Positions 46,566 through 55,820 are shown, numbered from the stretch's first letter. The stretch: 64,000 nt of DNA from a bacterium (GCA_030693205.1 JAUYBG010000006.1:4015-68014), one strand, 5' to 3'. Numbers and translations: made by a program. The notes: generated by a model not told the origin, from the sequence alone.

Positions 46566-47522
46566 TTAGAACCCCACATATTGTATTTCCTCCTCAAGCT
46601 GTATGCCAAAATTAACACGAATTTTCTGTTTAATCAAGCTTATCAGCATTATTACGTCTTCGGCTTTAGCCCCGCCAGTATTAATAATAAAATTCCCATG
46701 CTCCTTGGAAACCATTGCTCCGCCGATTTTTTTGCCCAGCAAGCCATATTCTTCAATCAACCACCCTGCCGGTATTTTTTCTATTGCTTTAAATTCTTCC
46801 AATTCAGGATATCGTTCAGTTAATTTCTCGAAAACTCTTTGATTTTCCTTTATTAGCGGATTTTTAAACACGCTACCGGCGCTTGGACCGGCAGGATGCC
46901 TTCCTTGCCGTTTCGCAACATATTCTTTTATTATTTTTTCACTCTCCAGTTTATCGCCTTTTTTCAGTTTTAAAACCGCGCTTAAAATAATATATTTTTT
47001 TTCTTTGAACGCACTGCTGCGATAATCAAACTTGCATTCCTCTCCGGCCAAAACCTCTTCCTTCAAATTATCAGAATTAAGGACTTTTACGCTTTTCACA
47101 AATTCACCAATCGAATGATTAAACGCCCCGGCATTACCATAGATCGCTCCGCCAATTGTTCCCGGAATCCCTATCAAACACTCCAGCCCGATTAATTCAT
47201 TTTTAACGGTTTCATTCACTATTTTTCCCAAAGGAACTCCGCTCTCGCAAATAACTTCTTCAGCTTGTATCTTATGATCGGTATTTTGCAGTTTGATCAC
47301 CAATCCGTCAAACCCTTTATCTGAGACCAAAATATTGCTTCCACTTCCTATTACATAATAAGGTAGTTTTAATCCTTTGGCAAATTGCATCGCTTGTTTG
47401 ATTTCCAAGGCGGTTTTTGCCGCATAAAAATATTTTGCCGGTCCGCCGATCTTAAAAGTGGTATATGGCGCCAGTGGAATATTTTCTTGAACATTTTTTA
47501 ATAAATTTTTAATAACAGTCAT
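46566..47522 (-). CDS. murB: UDP-N-acetylenolpyruvoylglucosamine reductase. The start was chosen at MTVIKNLL; the ORF track extends to 47597.
   Basis: LAPYTTFKIGGPAKYF is the FAD-binding N-terminus. GSGSNILVSD and a C-terminal substrate domain are present. Confidence 0.8.
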   Translation of the reverse strand: MTVIKNLLKNVQENIPLAPYTTFKIGGPAKYFYAAKTALEIKQAMQFAKGLKLPYYVIGSGSNILVSDKGFDGLVIKLQNTDHKIQAEEVICESGVPLGKIVNETVKNELIGLECLIGIPGTIGGAIYGNAGAFNHSIGEFVKSVKVLNSDNLKEEVLAGEECKFDYRSSAFKEKKYIILSAVLKLKKGDKLESEKIIKEYVAKRQGRHPAGPSAGSVFKNPLIKENQRVFEKLTERYPELEEFKAIEKIPAGWLIEEYGLLGKKIGGAMVSKEHGNFIINTGGAKAEDVIMLISLIKQKIRVNFGIQLEEEIQYVGF

Positions 47523-47583
47523 GGTCTGTTTCTTTACTTTTAAAATTATCTCACAATTGTAATAAAGTTTCAATAAAACAGTA

Positions 47584-49362
47584 TTATTCTCCCTCAACTT
47601 CTCCCAAGCTCTGCAAACTGAATAATCTATAATACAAACCCCGCTTTTTGATCAGGGCGCTATGTTTGCCTGATTCGACGATCCTTCCTTTGTCCAGCAC
47701 TAATATCTTATCCGCGTGCTGAATCGTACTCAAGCGGTGCGCGATAACAAAAGTGGTCCTGCCTTTGATCAATTTTTTAAGCGCTCTTTGCACCAGTAGC
47801 TCGCTTTTGGAATCCAGCGCCGAAGTCGCCTCGTCTAAGATCAATATCTTCGGATTTTTCAAGATCGCGCGGGCGATCGCCACTCTTTGCTTTTGTCCGG
47901 TGGATAATTTTACCCCTCTTTCTCCGACTTGCTGCGCGAGCTTATCGGGAAAATTATTTATGAACTCATCCGCGTGCGCCGCTTCGGCCGCCCGCCATAT
48001 TTCCGCGTCCGTCGCATCAAGTTTTCCGTAAATAATATTATTTTTCAGCGTATCGTTGAACAAGCTGATCTCCTGCGGCACAATGGCGATCTGGCTCCGC
48101 AAACTTTTTAAATCCAGATCTTGAACATCTGTTCCGTCAAGCATTATTTTCCCGCTGGCAGGAATATTGTAGCGCGAGATCAGATCCACCAATGTCGATT
48201 TCCCGACCCCGCTTTCACCGACCAAAGCGATCACTTGACCCGGCCTGGCTTTAAAATTTATATCTTCCAGCACCGGATTTCCTTTATTATAATTAAAATC
48301 CACGTCTTTAAATTCTATTTGGCCTTTGATCTTATTCAAAACTATCGCTCCTGATTTTTCATATGGTTCCAGGGGCTCATTAAATAATTTTAAAGCTTTT
48401 TTAACGACGCCTACCGAGCGCTTGAACCGTTCAAGATTTTGTGAAATTCGCCGCAAAGGATTAAAAATCAAGCTGCTGTACCCGATAACCGTAACTATCT
48501 CACCGATTGAAATCAAGCTGCGGTCTTTTAATAAAATCAAAACCCCGAATAATAAAATAGTGGTAATGCTAATAATGACCTGCTGATAAGAATCAAGCGC
48601 GCTCCACGCGTTAATAAAATCTTTATACCTCGCGTAGCTGGTATTTAAAGATTTTTTCGCTTTTTCGGTTTCGTATTTTTCATTCACATTCGTTTTTACA
48701 ACTTGAATATTGGCGATGGAATCATGCATAATCGCATCCCCTTCTTCATAAGAGCTGATCATCTTAAGCAGCGCGCCGCTAATGCTATTGATTCTGCTCA
48801 AAGTGATCCAAAGGTAAAAAACAATGGCCAGTCCCAAAAATAAAGCGATCCTCCATTCTATATTTAATATCACCAAATACACCAAAACGACTGTCAAAAG
48901 ATCGGAGCCAAAAACAAAAACTATATCCGTAATGATTGACTCCAAAAAATCGGATGCTCTTATGTATTTTGAAGCGAGTTTTCCCGTCTTTTGAGTTTTA
49001 TGAAAACTTAACCTCAAACGCATCACATAACTGTTCAGGTCGGCGATCAGATCAACCGCGCATTTTACGCTGATTTTTCCCCCTTCGCGCACCACATACC
49101 GATGAGCCCAGTCTTTAATAAAGCTTAAAACCAGCCAAATAAACAAAATCAGGGCAAAAACCGATATCCCTTCACCGTTGATGATCAAATCAATGATTTT
49201 TCCATAAATATAAGGAACAGCGGCTTCGATGGCGGAAGCAAAAAATGCCACGCAAAAAATGATATAAACCTCGCGCTTATATTTCGCTAAAAACCTCCAA
49301 ACGATTTTCAAATCATCAGCGAACTCCATAAAAAAATATTTTTTATTTTTTAACCAATTCAT
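47584..49362 (-). CDS. ABC transporter, fused permease/ATPase (MsbA/lipid-exporter type), embedded in the mur cluster.
   Basis: Six TM helices, then GESGVGKST (Walker A), LSTGQKQR (signature) and ILILDEATSALD (Walker B). Confidence 0.8.
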   Translation of the reverse strand: MNWLKNKKYFFMEFADDLKIVWRFLAKYKREVYIIFCVAFFASAIEAAVPYIYGKIIDLIINGEGISVFALILFIWLVLSFIKDWAHRYVVREGGKISVKCAVDLIADLNSYVMRLRLSFHKTQKTGKLASKYIRASDFLESIITDIVFVFGSDLLTVVLVYLVILNIEWRIALFLGLAIVFYLWITLSRINSISGALLKMISSYEEGDAIMHDSIANIQVVKTNVNEKYETEKAKKSLNTSYARYKDFINAWSALDSYQQVIISITTILLFGVLILLKDRSLISIGEIVTVIGYSSLIFNPLRRISQNLERFKRSVGVVKKALKLFNEPLEPYEKSGAIVLNKIKGQIEFKDVDFNYNKGNPVLEDINFKARPGQVIALVGESGVGKSTLVDLISRYNIPASGKIMLDGTDVQDLDLKSLRSQIAIVPQEISLFNDTLKNNIIYGKLDATDAEIWRAAEAAHADEFINNFPDKLAQQVGERGVKLSTGQKQRVAIARAILKNPKILILDEATSALDSKSELLVQRALKKLIKGRTTFVIAHRLSTIQHADKILVLDKGRIVESGKHSALIKKRGLYYRLFSLQSLGEVEGE

Positions 49363-50917
49363 CCGCCACCTTATAAATATCTCCCGCGCCCATGATCAAT
49401 AAAACATCACCGGGTTTGATTTTTTCATCGATCAATTTTCGAACTTCATCCAAATTTTTGGCATAAAAAATAGAATCGGATTGCAAAAAAACATTATTAT
49501 TGTCATTGCGAGCCCCGCTTGTCGGGGCGTGGCAATCTCTCAACTTGTTTGATAATCTGGCATTAGCCAGAGATTGCTTCGTCGCTTCGCTCCTCGCAAT
49601 GACAGCTTTTATATCTTCCGCCAGTCTTTGCGAGCTCACATTTTGATCTTTTTTTTCTTCTCTTCCTGCAACATCGAAAATTTTCGCCAAAACCAAAACA
49701 TTCGCGCTGTCAAAACTCTTCAAAAAATCATCGTAGAGCATTTTCGTCCGATTATGCTGGTGCGGCTGAAAAACCGCGACAATTCTTCGTTCGGGATAAA
49801 ATTCCCGTGCCGCTTCAATCGTCGACCTCACCGCTGTCGGATGATGCGCGTAATCGGAAATTACCGTTGCGCCGCGATATTCGCCTTTTATCTCAAATCT
49901 CCGCCAAATTCCGCCAAAATCAGCTAAGGATTTTTTTATTTTTTCCGCATCAATTTTCAAATGCAAGCCTGTTGCTATTGCGGCTAACGCGTTATAAACA
50001 TTGAATTTCCCGGGAAGTTTAATCACAAACTCGCCCAAATCTTTATCTCTATAATTTACTTTGAATTTTGTTTTCCCGTTCTCGGTTTTAAAATCATACC
50101 CCCTTACATCATTATTCTCGCCGAGACCAAATTGTATAATTTTCAGCTTTGCATTCGGACTTTTAACTTTTAACTTTAAACTTTCAACTTGCTTGTCGTC
50201 TCCATTCAAAATCAAAACTCCATTATCCGGCAAATGTCCAATAAATTCCTCAAAGGCGCTTCTGAAGTCTGCAATATCTTTATAGTAATCCGTATGGTCA
50301 AGCTCGATATTATTCAAAACGATAATTTTCGGATAATATTCCAAAAAATCACGCTTGTATTCGCAAGCTTCCGCAATAAAATAATGTTCACTGTTTATCG
50401 AGTTGCCAATTCTCAAATTTCCATCAAATTCCGGCACTTTACTCCCTACCACGACACTCGGATCCAATCCGCCGCCTGCCAAAACAAGGCCAACCATTGA
50501 AGTCACAGTTGACTTGCCATGCGTTCCGCAAACAGCAACACCAAATTTATCATTCAATAAAAACCCCAAAGCTTCCGGATAGCTCATAAGAGGTATCCTG
50601 TTTTCTTTAGAGGCTATCATTTCAACATTATCGTAAGCTATCGCAGGCGTATAAATAGCCAGATCCGCGTCCTTCGGCACATTTTCTTTTTTTTGGCCGA
50701 TAAAAATTTTTGCTCCCATTTTTTCTAGCTTTGCCGTAATATCGGATTCACCCAGATCTGAACCGCTAACCTTCTTGCCTTGCGCAAGCATAAGCTTGGA
50801 TATCGCAGAAATGCCAATTCCGCCAATTCCAATAAAATGAATTTTTTTTATTTTATCAAAATCTATTTTTTTCAACCCGTTAAAAATTCCCATATTTATG
50901 CTATCGTTTATTGCCAA
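49343..50917 (-). CDS. murC: UDP-N-acetylmuramate--L-alanine ligase. It contains a 34-codon in-frame palindromic insertion.
   Basis: GIGGIGISAIS (N-terminal Rossmann) and GTHGKSTVTSM (Mur ligase P-loop). The C-terminal domain is interrupted by ARSEATKQSLANARLSNKLRDCHAPTSGARNDNN. Confidence 0.85.
   Translation of the reverse strand: MAINDSINMGIFNGLKKIDFDKIKKIHFIGIGGIGISAISKLMLAQGKKVSGSDLGESDITAKLEKMGAKIFIGQKKENVPKDADLAIYTPAIAYDNVEMIASKENRIPLMSYPEALGFLLNDKFGVAVCGTHGKSTVTSMVGLVLAGGGLDPSVVVGSKVPEFDGNLRIGNSINSEHYFIAEACEYKRDFLEYYPKIIVLNNIELDHTDYYKDIADFRSAFEEFIGHLPDNGVLILNGDDKQVESLKLKVKSPNAKLKIIQFGLGENNDVRGYDFKTENGKTKFKVNYRDKDLGEFVIKLPGKFNVYNALAAIATGLHLKIDAEKIKKSLADFGGIWRRFEIKGEYRGATVISDYAHHPTAVRSTIEAAREFYPERRIVAVFQPHQHNRTKMLYDDFLKSFDSANVLVLAKIFDVAGREEKKDQNVSSQRLAEDIKAVIARSEATKQSLANARLSNKLRDCHAPTSGARNDNNNVFLQSDSIFYAKNLDEVRKLIDEKIKPGDVLLIMGAGDIYKVADELVKK
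49504..49605. repeat. 102-bp palindromic element inserted in-frame within murC. It has 11-bp terminal inverted repeats gtcattgcgag/ctcgcaatgac and nested hairpins.
   Basis: TIR at 49504-49514 versus 49595-49605. Inner palindromes are ccccgcttgtcgggg, and gcaatctct...agagattgc. The length is 102 bp, 34 codons with no stop. The core ctcaacttgtttga resembles the AAACAAGTT motif of the intergenic elements. Confidence 0.7.
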
Positions 50918-50979
50918 ACCGCATTAAAAATAATTTGCATATTTCTAGCGGGTTAAATATTTTTATCATTGCTTATTAA

Positions 50980-51008
50980 ATTATACCCCAAAACAAGTTT
51001 AAAATCAA
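50980..51008 (-). promoter_or_regulatory. Near-consensus sigma70 promoter TTGATT-17-TATAAT for murC.
   Basis: Minus-strand read: TTGATTttaaacttgttttggggTATAAT, about 60 nt upstream of the murC ATG. The spacer ends in the same TTTTGGGG seen in the island promoters. Confidence 0.55.
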
Positions 51009-51011
51009 AAT

Positions 51012-51040
51012 AAAAAGAGCCGGCTTACAGCGCTCTTTTT
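51012..51040 (-). terminator. Hairpin terminator after murG.
   Basis: Minus-strand aaaaagagc-gctgtaagccg-gctcttttt, i.e. a stem plus a U-tract. Confidence 0.45.
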
Positions 51041-51049
51041 ATTAAAAAT

Positions 51050-52156
51050 CTATTTTCCCAGTCTTATAATCTCCTCAGCGATCAATTGCGCCGCATCGAG
51101 CGACATTAATTGCCTGGCGGCGCGAATCATCTGAACTTGCTTTGATTTATTGTCCAATATTCCAAAAATAGCGTCATAAAGCATATTGGGCGTCAGGTTA
51201 GTTTCATCCAGCAACAACGCCGCGCCTTTGCTGCTGTAATAATAAGCGTTTTTTAATTGATGGGCGCCGGCAGAATTCGGAAGAGGAACTAAAACCACCG
51301 GCTTATTCAAATTGATTATTTCCGAAATATTATTTGCTCCGGCCCTGCTGACGACCAGGTCGCTTATGGCATAAGCATCCTTAAGATTGTCTAATAAAAA
51401 AGGATAAGGATGATAATCTTCAATGTTTGTCAGGCCAAAATCGGAAATTGTTTTTTTTACATCTTCATAATTATCAATCCCGCATACATGTATGACCTGA
51501 GCCTTCGTAACGATCTTAACTAGCGCCTCCAGCACTATATTATTAATTTTTTGCGCTCCTTGGCTTCCCCCTAATATCAAAAGCGTGGGTAAATCTCTTT
51601 TCAAGCCAAATTCTTCTATTGCCCGCTCTTTATCGCCCTGAAAAATCTCCTGGCGAACCGGATTGCCCGTAAGAATTATTTTCTTCCTGCTAAAATAATT
51701 TCCCGCCTCGGCAAAAGAAACCGCGATCCTGTTGGCCAATTTTCCTTCAATGGTATTTGCCAATCCCGCCACCGAATCAGATTCATGAATAATTATCGGG
51801 ATGCGGAAAAACCAGGCCGCTAGCACGACTGGAAAAGACGCATATCCGCCTTTTGAAAATACCACATCGGGCATAAACGAATAGACTTGGAAAAAAGCCT
51901 GAATTGCGCCAATCGGCAAGTTTATCAAATCAATAATATTATCAATTGACCAATATCTGCGCAGTTTATACGCCTTAATGGTCTTAATCGGGATACCGGA
52001 AATAGCGATAACTTCATTAAACGGACTATCACTGCCTATAAACAGAAAATTTGGTATTTCGTGAAGCGTACTTAATATTTCTTTTACTTTTGCGGCTACT
52101 GCGATAATAGGCATAATATGCCCTCCTGTTCCGCCGCCGGTAAATAATACTCTCAT
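51050..52156 (-). CDS. murG: UDP-N-acetylglucosamine--N-acetylmuramyl-(pentapeptide) pyrophosphoryl-undecaprenol GlcNAc transferase.
   Basis: MRVLFTGGGTGGHIMP is the GT28 N-terminal G-loop. There is a C-terminal UDP-GlcNAc binding region. Confidence 0.85.
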   Translation of the reverse strand: MRVLFTGGGTGGHIMPIIAVAAKVKEILSTLHEIPNFLFIGSDSPFNEVIAISGIPIKTIKAYKLRRYWSIDNIIDLINLPIGAIQAFFQVYSFMPDVVFSKGGYASFPVVLAAWFFRIPIIIHESDSVAGLANTIEGKLANRIAVSFAEAGNYFSRKKIILTGNPVRQEIFQGDKERAIEEFGLKRDLPTLLILGGSQGAQKINNIVLEALVKIVTKAQVIHVCGIDNYEDVKKTISDFGLTNIEDYHPYPFLLDNLKDAYAISDLVVSRAGANNISEIINLNKPVVLVPLPNSAGAHQLKNAYYYSSKGAALLLDETNLTPNMLYDAIFGILDNKSKQVQMIRAARQLMSLDAAQLIAEEIIRLGK

Positions 52157-52250
52157 GGTAATAAGATAGTTAACATGCTTCTTTAACTACGAACAAGCAG
52201 AAAGCTTATCTCTAAAACTCTCTGCTTTTTTTGGGAATTTATTAGTTATT

Positions 52251-52607
52251 CTATTTCTTCTTGCTCGTTTTAATTTTTTTAGCCGCACGAGAAATATTTT
52301 TCCAATGTGATTTCATTTCTTCCGCAAACGTTGATAGTTCGGCCGCGCTAATATCTTTTGCGGCTTCATATTTTGGCTTAACTTCATCAATAATTTGATT
52401 GTACTTTTCCTCCGTCAAATCCTGGACTTTCTGGACTTTTTCAGCGGTTTCTTTTTGCATTTCCGCCATCCAGCTTTTAATTTTTTTTGCGGCTTTTTTC
52501 CTGTCTTTAGGCGAAGTTAAAAGATAAGCTGCTAGGGCTGCACCGGCTACTAATCCGGCTCCGACTAAAATTTTCTTTGTGTTGTCGCTATTTTGCGTCT
52601 TTACCAT
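52251..52607 (-). CDS. YtxH-like small membrane-anchored helical protein.
   Basis: N-terminal TM helix (GAGLVAGAALAAYLL), then a charged helical region. 118 aa. Confidence 0.45.
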   Translation of the reverse strand: MVKTQNSDNTKKILVGAGLVAGAALAAYLLTSPKDRKKAAKKIKSWMAEMQKETAEKVQKVQDLTEEKYNQIIDEVKPKYEAAKDISAAELSTFAEEMKSHWKNISRAAKKIKTSKKK

Positions 52608-52624
52608 ATTTTTAATTTAATTAA

Positions 52625-52867
52625 TTATTTTTTTAAAAACTTGCCGACACCTTTAACAATTCCTTTTATTATTTTTCCGCTTGTAAGAGTCAGGTCATTC
52701 TCGAGCACTGTCAGTTTTTCTTCCAAACTGCCTTCGAGAGATTTCACTCGTTTTATAATAATAACCGCGTCCTGCAAAAAAATTATCGCGTAATATAAAA
52801 CCATGCTTAGTTCAACGGCTAATATAAGCAACAAAACCGCAATAAATAATAAAAGAAAATCTTGCAT
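52625..52867 (-). CDS. Small membrane protein (DUF948/YtxH-like).
   Basis: 80 aa with an N-terminal TM helix and a charged helix. Confidence 0.35.
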   Translation of the reverse strand: MQDFLLLFIAVLLLILAVELSMVLYYAIIFLQDAVIIIKRVKSLEGSLEEKLTVLENDLTLTSGKIIKGIVKGVGKFLKK

Positions 52868-52959
52868 ACGGCGCTAATAACGGTTAAATAAATACTTTAT
52901 AATTATACCGCATTTCTAAAATTAGTAAAGCCCTTAATTATTAGTCCGCTATTTCTTTC

Positions 52960-53166
52960 CTAGATCCCTATCCCCCTAGCCCAGCCGAAGATGTTCTCGA
53001 ATTGGTTGATGATCATCTGGATGATGGATTGGCGTTTGACCGGCGAGAGGACCGTGTAGTCGGAGGAGATGATGGTGTTGCCGAACTTGTCAGTGGAAGC
53101 GACGCGGAAGCGGTAGACGGTGCCGGGTTTGAATTGGGTAAGGACCACGATGTGGTTCGTGCCCAA
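52960..53166 (-). pseudogene. High-GC gene fragment encoding the C-terminal strands of an FN3/Ig-like domain, embedded in the low-GC dcw region.
   Basis: About 52% GC over about 200 bp, against a background near 35%. Codon choice is ggc/acc/gtc/cgc/ttc-rich. The peptide is ...TQFKPGTVYRFRVASTDKFGNTIISSDYTV... with no start codon and no N-terminal part. Confidence 0.5.
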
Positions 53167-53289
53167 ACCTAAAAATTTACATTTTTTCTTTCTTTTTTAA
53201 TTATACTACTTTTTCAGAATTATGCCAAGCATCACTTTATAGTTTTAGCTATCTCTTTTGAAAAATATTTTCCATATAAGATTTTATGT

Positions 53290-54399
53290 TTAATGAGATT
53301 TTCTTGGAGTATGGCTTGAAACATTCAATATTATCCCAACCCCGAACAAAGCAGTTGCTAGCGCAGACCCGCCATAGCTGATAAAAGGCATAGGAACTCC
53401 CGTCATCGGTATAAATTGCGTAATCGCGGCAATATTCATAAAAAACTGAATAACAAGAATAAAAGTAATTCCGGAAACCAATAATTTCCCAAAATTATCC
53501 GGCGCGTTCTTGGCTATGATAAAACACCGCCAAACAAATATTAAAAATAAAATGATCAACGCCAAAAGTCCCGCGAAACCCAGCTCTTCTCCGGTAATAG
53601 CAAAAATAGAATCGCCGAAAGGCTCGGGCAAATAATTATATTTTTGCCGGCTCTGTCCCAAACCCAGGCCGAATAATCCGCCTGAACCTATGGCAATTAC
53701 CGCTTGATTGATCTGATAGCCGGTATTCAACAAATCCGCCTTCGGATCCAAAAAAGTCACAAAACGTTGCAATCGATAAGGTTCAGTTTTAATAAAAACC
53801 GCCAAAGCGGAAATCCCCAAAATTATTAACGAAAAAACGTGAATTATTTTTGCTCCGGAAACATAATAAAGTGCCAGGGCGGACAGCGTAACAATGCCAA
53901 GCATTCCCAGGTTCGGCTGAGCAATAATAAGAACGCTTAAAATCGCTACGATGGCCAAAAATGGAAAAAGCGTCGCTTTGATATCGTTTATCTTGCTGCC
54001 TTTTTTATCAAGCCATGCCGCCAAATAAATAATAAAAAACATCTTAACAAACTCAGACGGCTGAAGCGTATAGGAACCAATAGTGATCCATCTTGCCGCT
54101 CCGCCATGATAAAAGCCCAGAGACGGGATAAGAACAACAACTAAACCAATAACGCTAACAACAAAAAGAATTGGGGATAATTTTATCCACCGGCGATAAT
54201 AAAATTTTAAAGCGAAAAGAAAAAAAATAATTCCCGGAATAATTCCGTAAATAAGCTGATGCTTGGCGTAGTAATAGCGATCGCCAAATTCCTGAAACCC
54301 TTTAATGACGCTAGCGCTGGCCACCATTATCAAACCAAACAGCAATAAAAGCAATACTGTTCCGATTAAAACGTAGTCTGGCCTGTAAGATTTAATCAT
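53290..54399 (-). CDS. ftsW: SEDS-family peptidoglycan glycosyltransferase (FtsW by dcw context).
   Basis: Ten TM helices. GSGGLFGLGLGQS..K..YLPE..DSIFA is the SEDS signature. Its position between murD and murG supports the FtsW call. Confidence 0.8.
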   Translation of the reverse strand: MIKSYRPDYVLIGTVLLLLLFGLIMVASASVIKGFQEFGDRYYYAKHQLIYGIIPGIIFFLFALKFYYRRWIKLSPILFVVSVIGLVVVLIPSLGFYHGGAARWITIGSYTLQPSEFVKMFFIIYLAAWLDKKGSKINDIKATLFPFLAIVAILSVLIIAQPNLGMLGIVTLSALALYYVSGAKIIHVFSLIILGISALAVFIKTEPYRLQRFVTFLDPKADLLNTGYQINQAVIAIGSGGLFGLGLGQSRQKYNYLPEPFGDSIFAITGEELGFAGLLALIILFLIFVWRCFIIAKNAPDNFGKLLVSGITFILVIQFFMNIAAITQFIPMTGVPMPFISYGGSALATALFGVGIILNVSSHTPRKSH

Positions 54400-55820
54400 A
54401 AAACAGTCAGCTTTAATTTATCATAGACTTCCCGAATAATTAATTCGGCATCCGCCGTAAGATGATAATCAGCTGAAACAAACGACCCCGTAGATTCAAC
54501 TCGAGCCGCTTCGCTTTCCGGTTTTATCTTTCTCCCCTTTGCCGCCGCCAGAACAATAAGCTCATTTGGCGATTTTAAATCAAGAACAGAATACCCTGGC
54601 CGCAAAAAATTCAACTTGTCATTTTCAAGACAATAAACTCCTGCTTTTAATTCGCTGCTTGGAGCACACACCATTTTTTCTTTATTCCTTAAAACCAGCT
54701 GTGAACCGGAAATGGCTAAAACATTCTTGTTGGATAGATCTTTGGCTCTGGGATCAACATCATATTTTTCTCCTAAAAATTCAAGAAAATGCAAAGCGAT
54801 CATGGGAATTGCTAAATTTTTAATTTCCAGTTTTGTGTAAAAAGGTATGGAAGCGACAAATCGCGGATTGATCTCGATTAAATAAACATCTTCGTTTTTT
54901 TCGCTTATGATAAAATCCAAGCCAAAAATCCCTTTATATCCTTTTCCTTTAAGATACATCCCTATTTTTTTACCAATTCCGTTCATTTCATCCAGTGCCT
55001 TGGCTGAAACAGAAAGGACTCCCCAATCGTTTCCGCAAGTTGTGCCGAGATTATTCGTGCATAATTCTTCGCCGGTAATCTGATAGCACGGCTTACCCAC
55101 ATAAGCCCCCGATGAAGTAACACAAGCATTAACCGTTGCAGGAATGCCGCGAATAAACTTCGAAACTTTTACCATAAAAGATTTTTTGCCGGACGGATTG
55201 CGAAAAAAAGTATCCATTAACCTGCCGTAGTCATCTTTGCTTCTGATAAAAAAAGTGGAACTGCCGGCATAACCGCTTTTAAGCTGAATGACGAAATAAT
55301 CGTAATATTTTTTCAACTCCCAATAACTGATGCGCCCGAAATCTATCGTTTCCGCGTCGGGAGTTCTTATGTGCAAACTTTTGGCGATAAACAAGAAATT
55401 GAACTTATCCTCGATCTCTTTCGACAAAACTGTCGTGTTGTTCAAAAATTTCCAATTATTTTCCAAAGCGATCTTTTCGGCCGCCAGTGACGGCTTGAAT
55501 ACGACCACTGCCGCTTGCACGCCCGGCGGAGTGTTTTCCTTTATATATTTTTTAACCGATTCTTGGCCCAGCAATATCGCGGAACTCCTAAGGATCACGT
55601 TCTTCTTGCCAAATTCTTTTTCCAGACAAAAAATTTTTGCGCCCGCCTTTTCCAGATAGTCCACTTCGTCATCATAATCAATGCAAATAATGTGGTAGTT
55701 GGGAATAATATTCTCCAAACCTATGCCTCTGTCAACAACGTTTGAAACATAAAAAATCGGAGTTTTTGAACCCTCAAAAATCTTTTTTATGTCAGCTAAA
55801 TTGTTTATTGTATATGCCAT
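54396..55820 (-). CDS. ATP-grasp family carboxylate-amine ligase of unknown specificity, translationally coupled to ftsW.
   Basis: GLDFIISEKNEDVYLIEINPRF is the ATP-grasp Mg/ATP motif. It is 474 aa with a 4-nt overlap with the ftsW start. Confidence 0.6.
   Translation of the reverse strand: MAYTINNLADIKKIFEGSKTPIFYVSNVVDRGIGLENIIPNYHIICIDYDDEVDYLEKAGAKIFCLEKEFGKKNVILRSSAILLGQESVKKYIKENTPPGVQAAVVVFKPSLAAEKIALENNWKFLNNTTVLSKEIEDKFNFLFIAKSLHIRTPDAETIDFGRISYWELKKYYDYFVIQLKSGYAGSSTFFIRSKDDYGRLMDTFFRNPSGKKSFMVKVSKFIRGIPATVNACVTSSGAYVGKPCYQITGEELCTNNLGTTCGNDWGVLSVSAKALDEMNGIGKKIGMYLKGKGYKGIFGLDFIISEKNEDVYLIEINPRFVASIPFYTKLEIKNLAIPMIALHFLEFLGEKYDVDPRAKDLSNKNVLAISGSQLVLRNKEKMVCAPSSELKAGVYCLENDKLNFLRPGYSVLDLKSPNELIVLAAAKGRKIKPESEAARVESTGSFVSADYHLTADAELIIREVYDKLKLTVL

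Noticed and set aside
52157-52250. Possible hairpin (aagcaga...tctgctt) between ytxH-like and murG as a terminator or attenuator.
   Set aside because: The loop is 19 nt and there is no clear U-tract. This is too weak to call.
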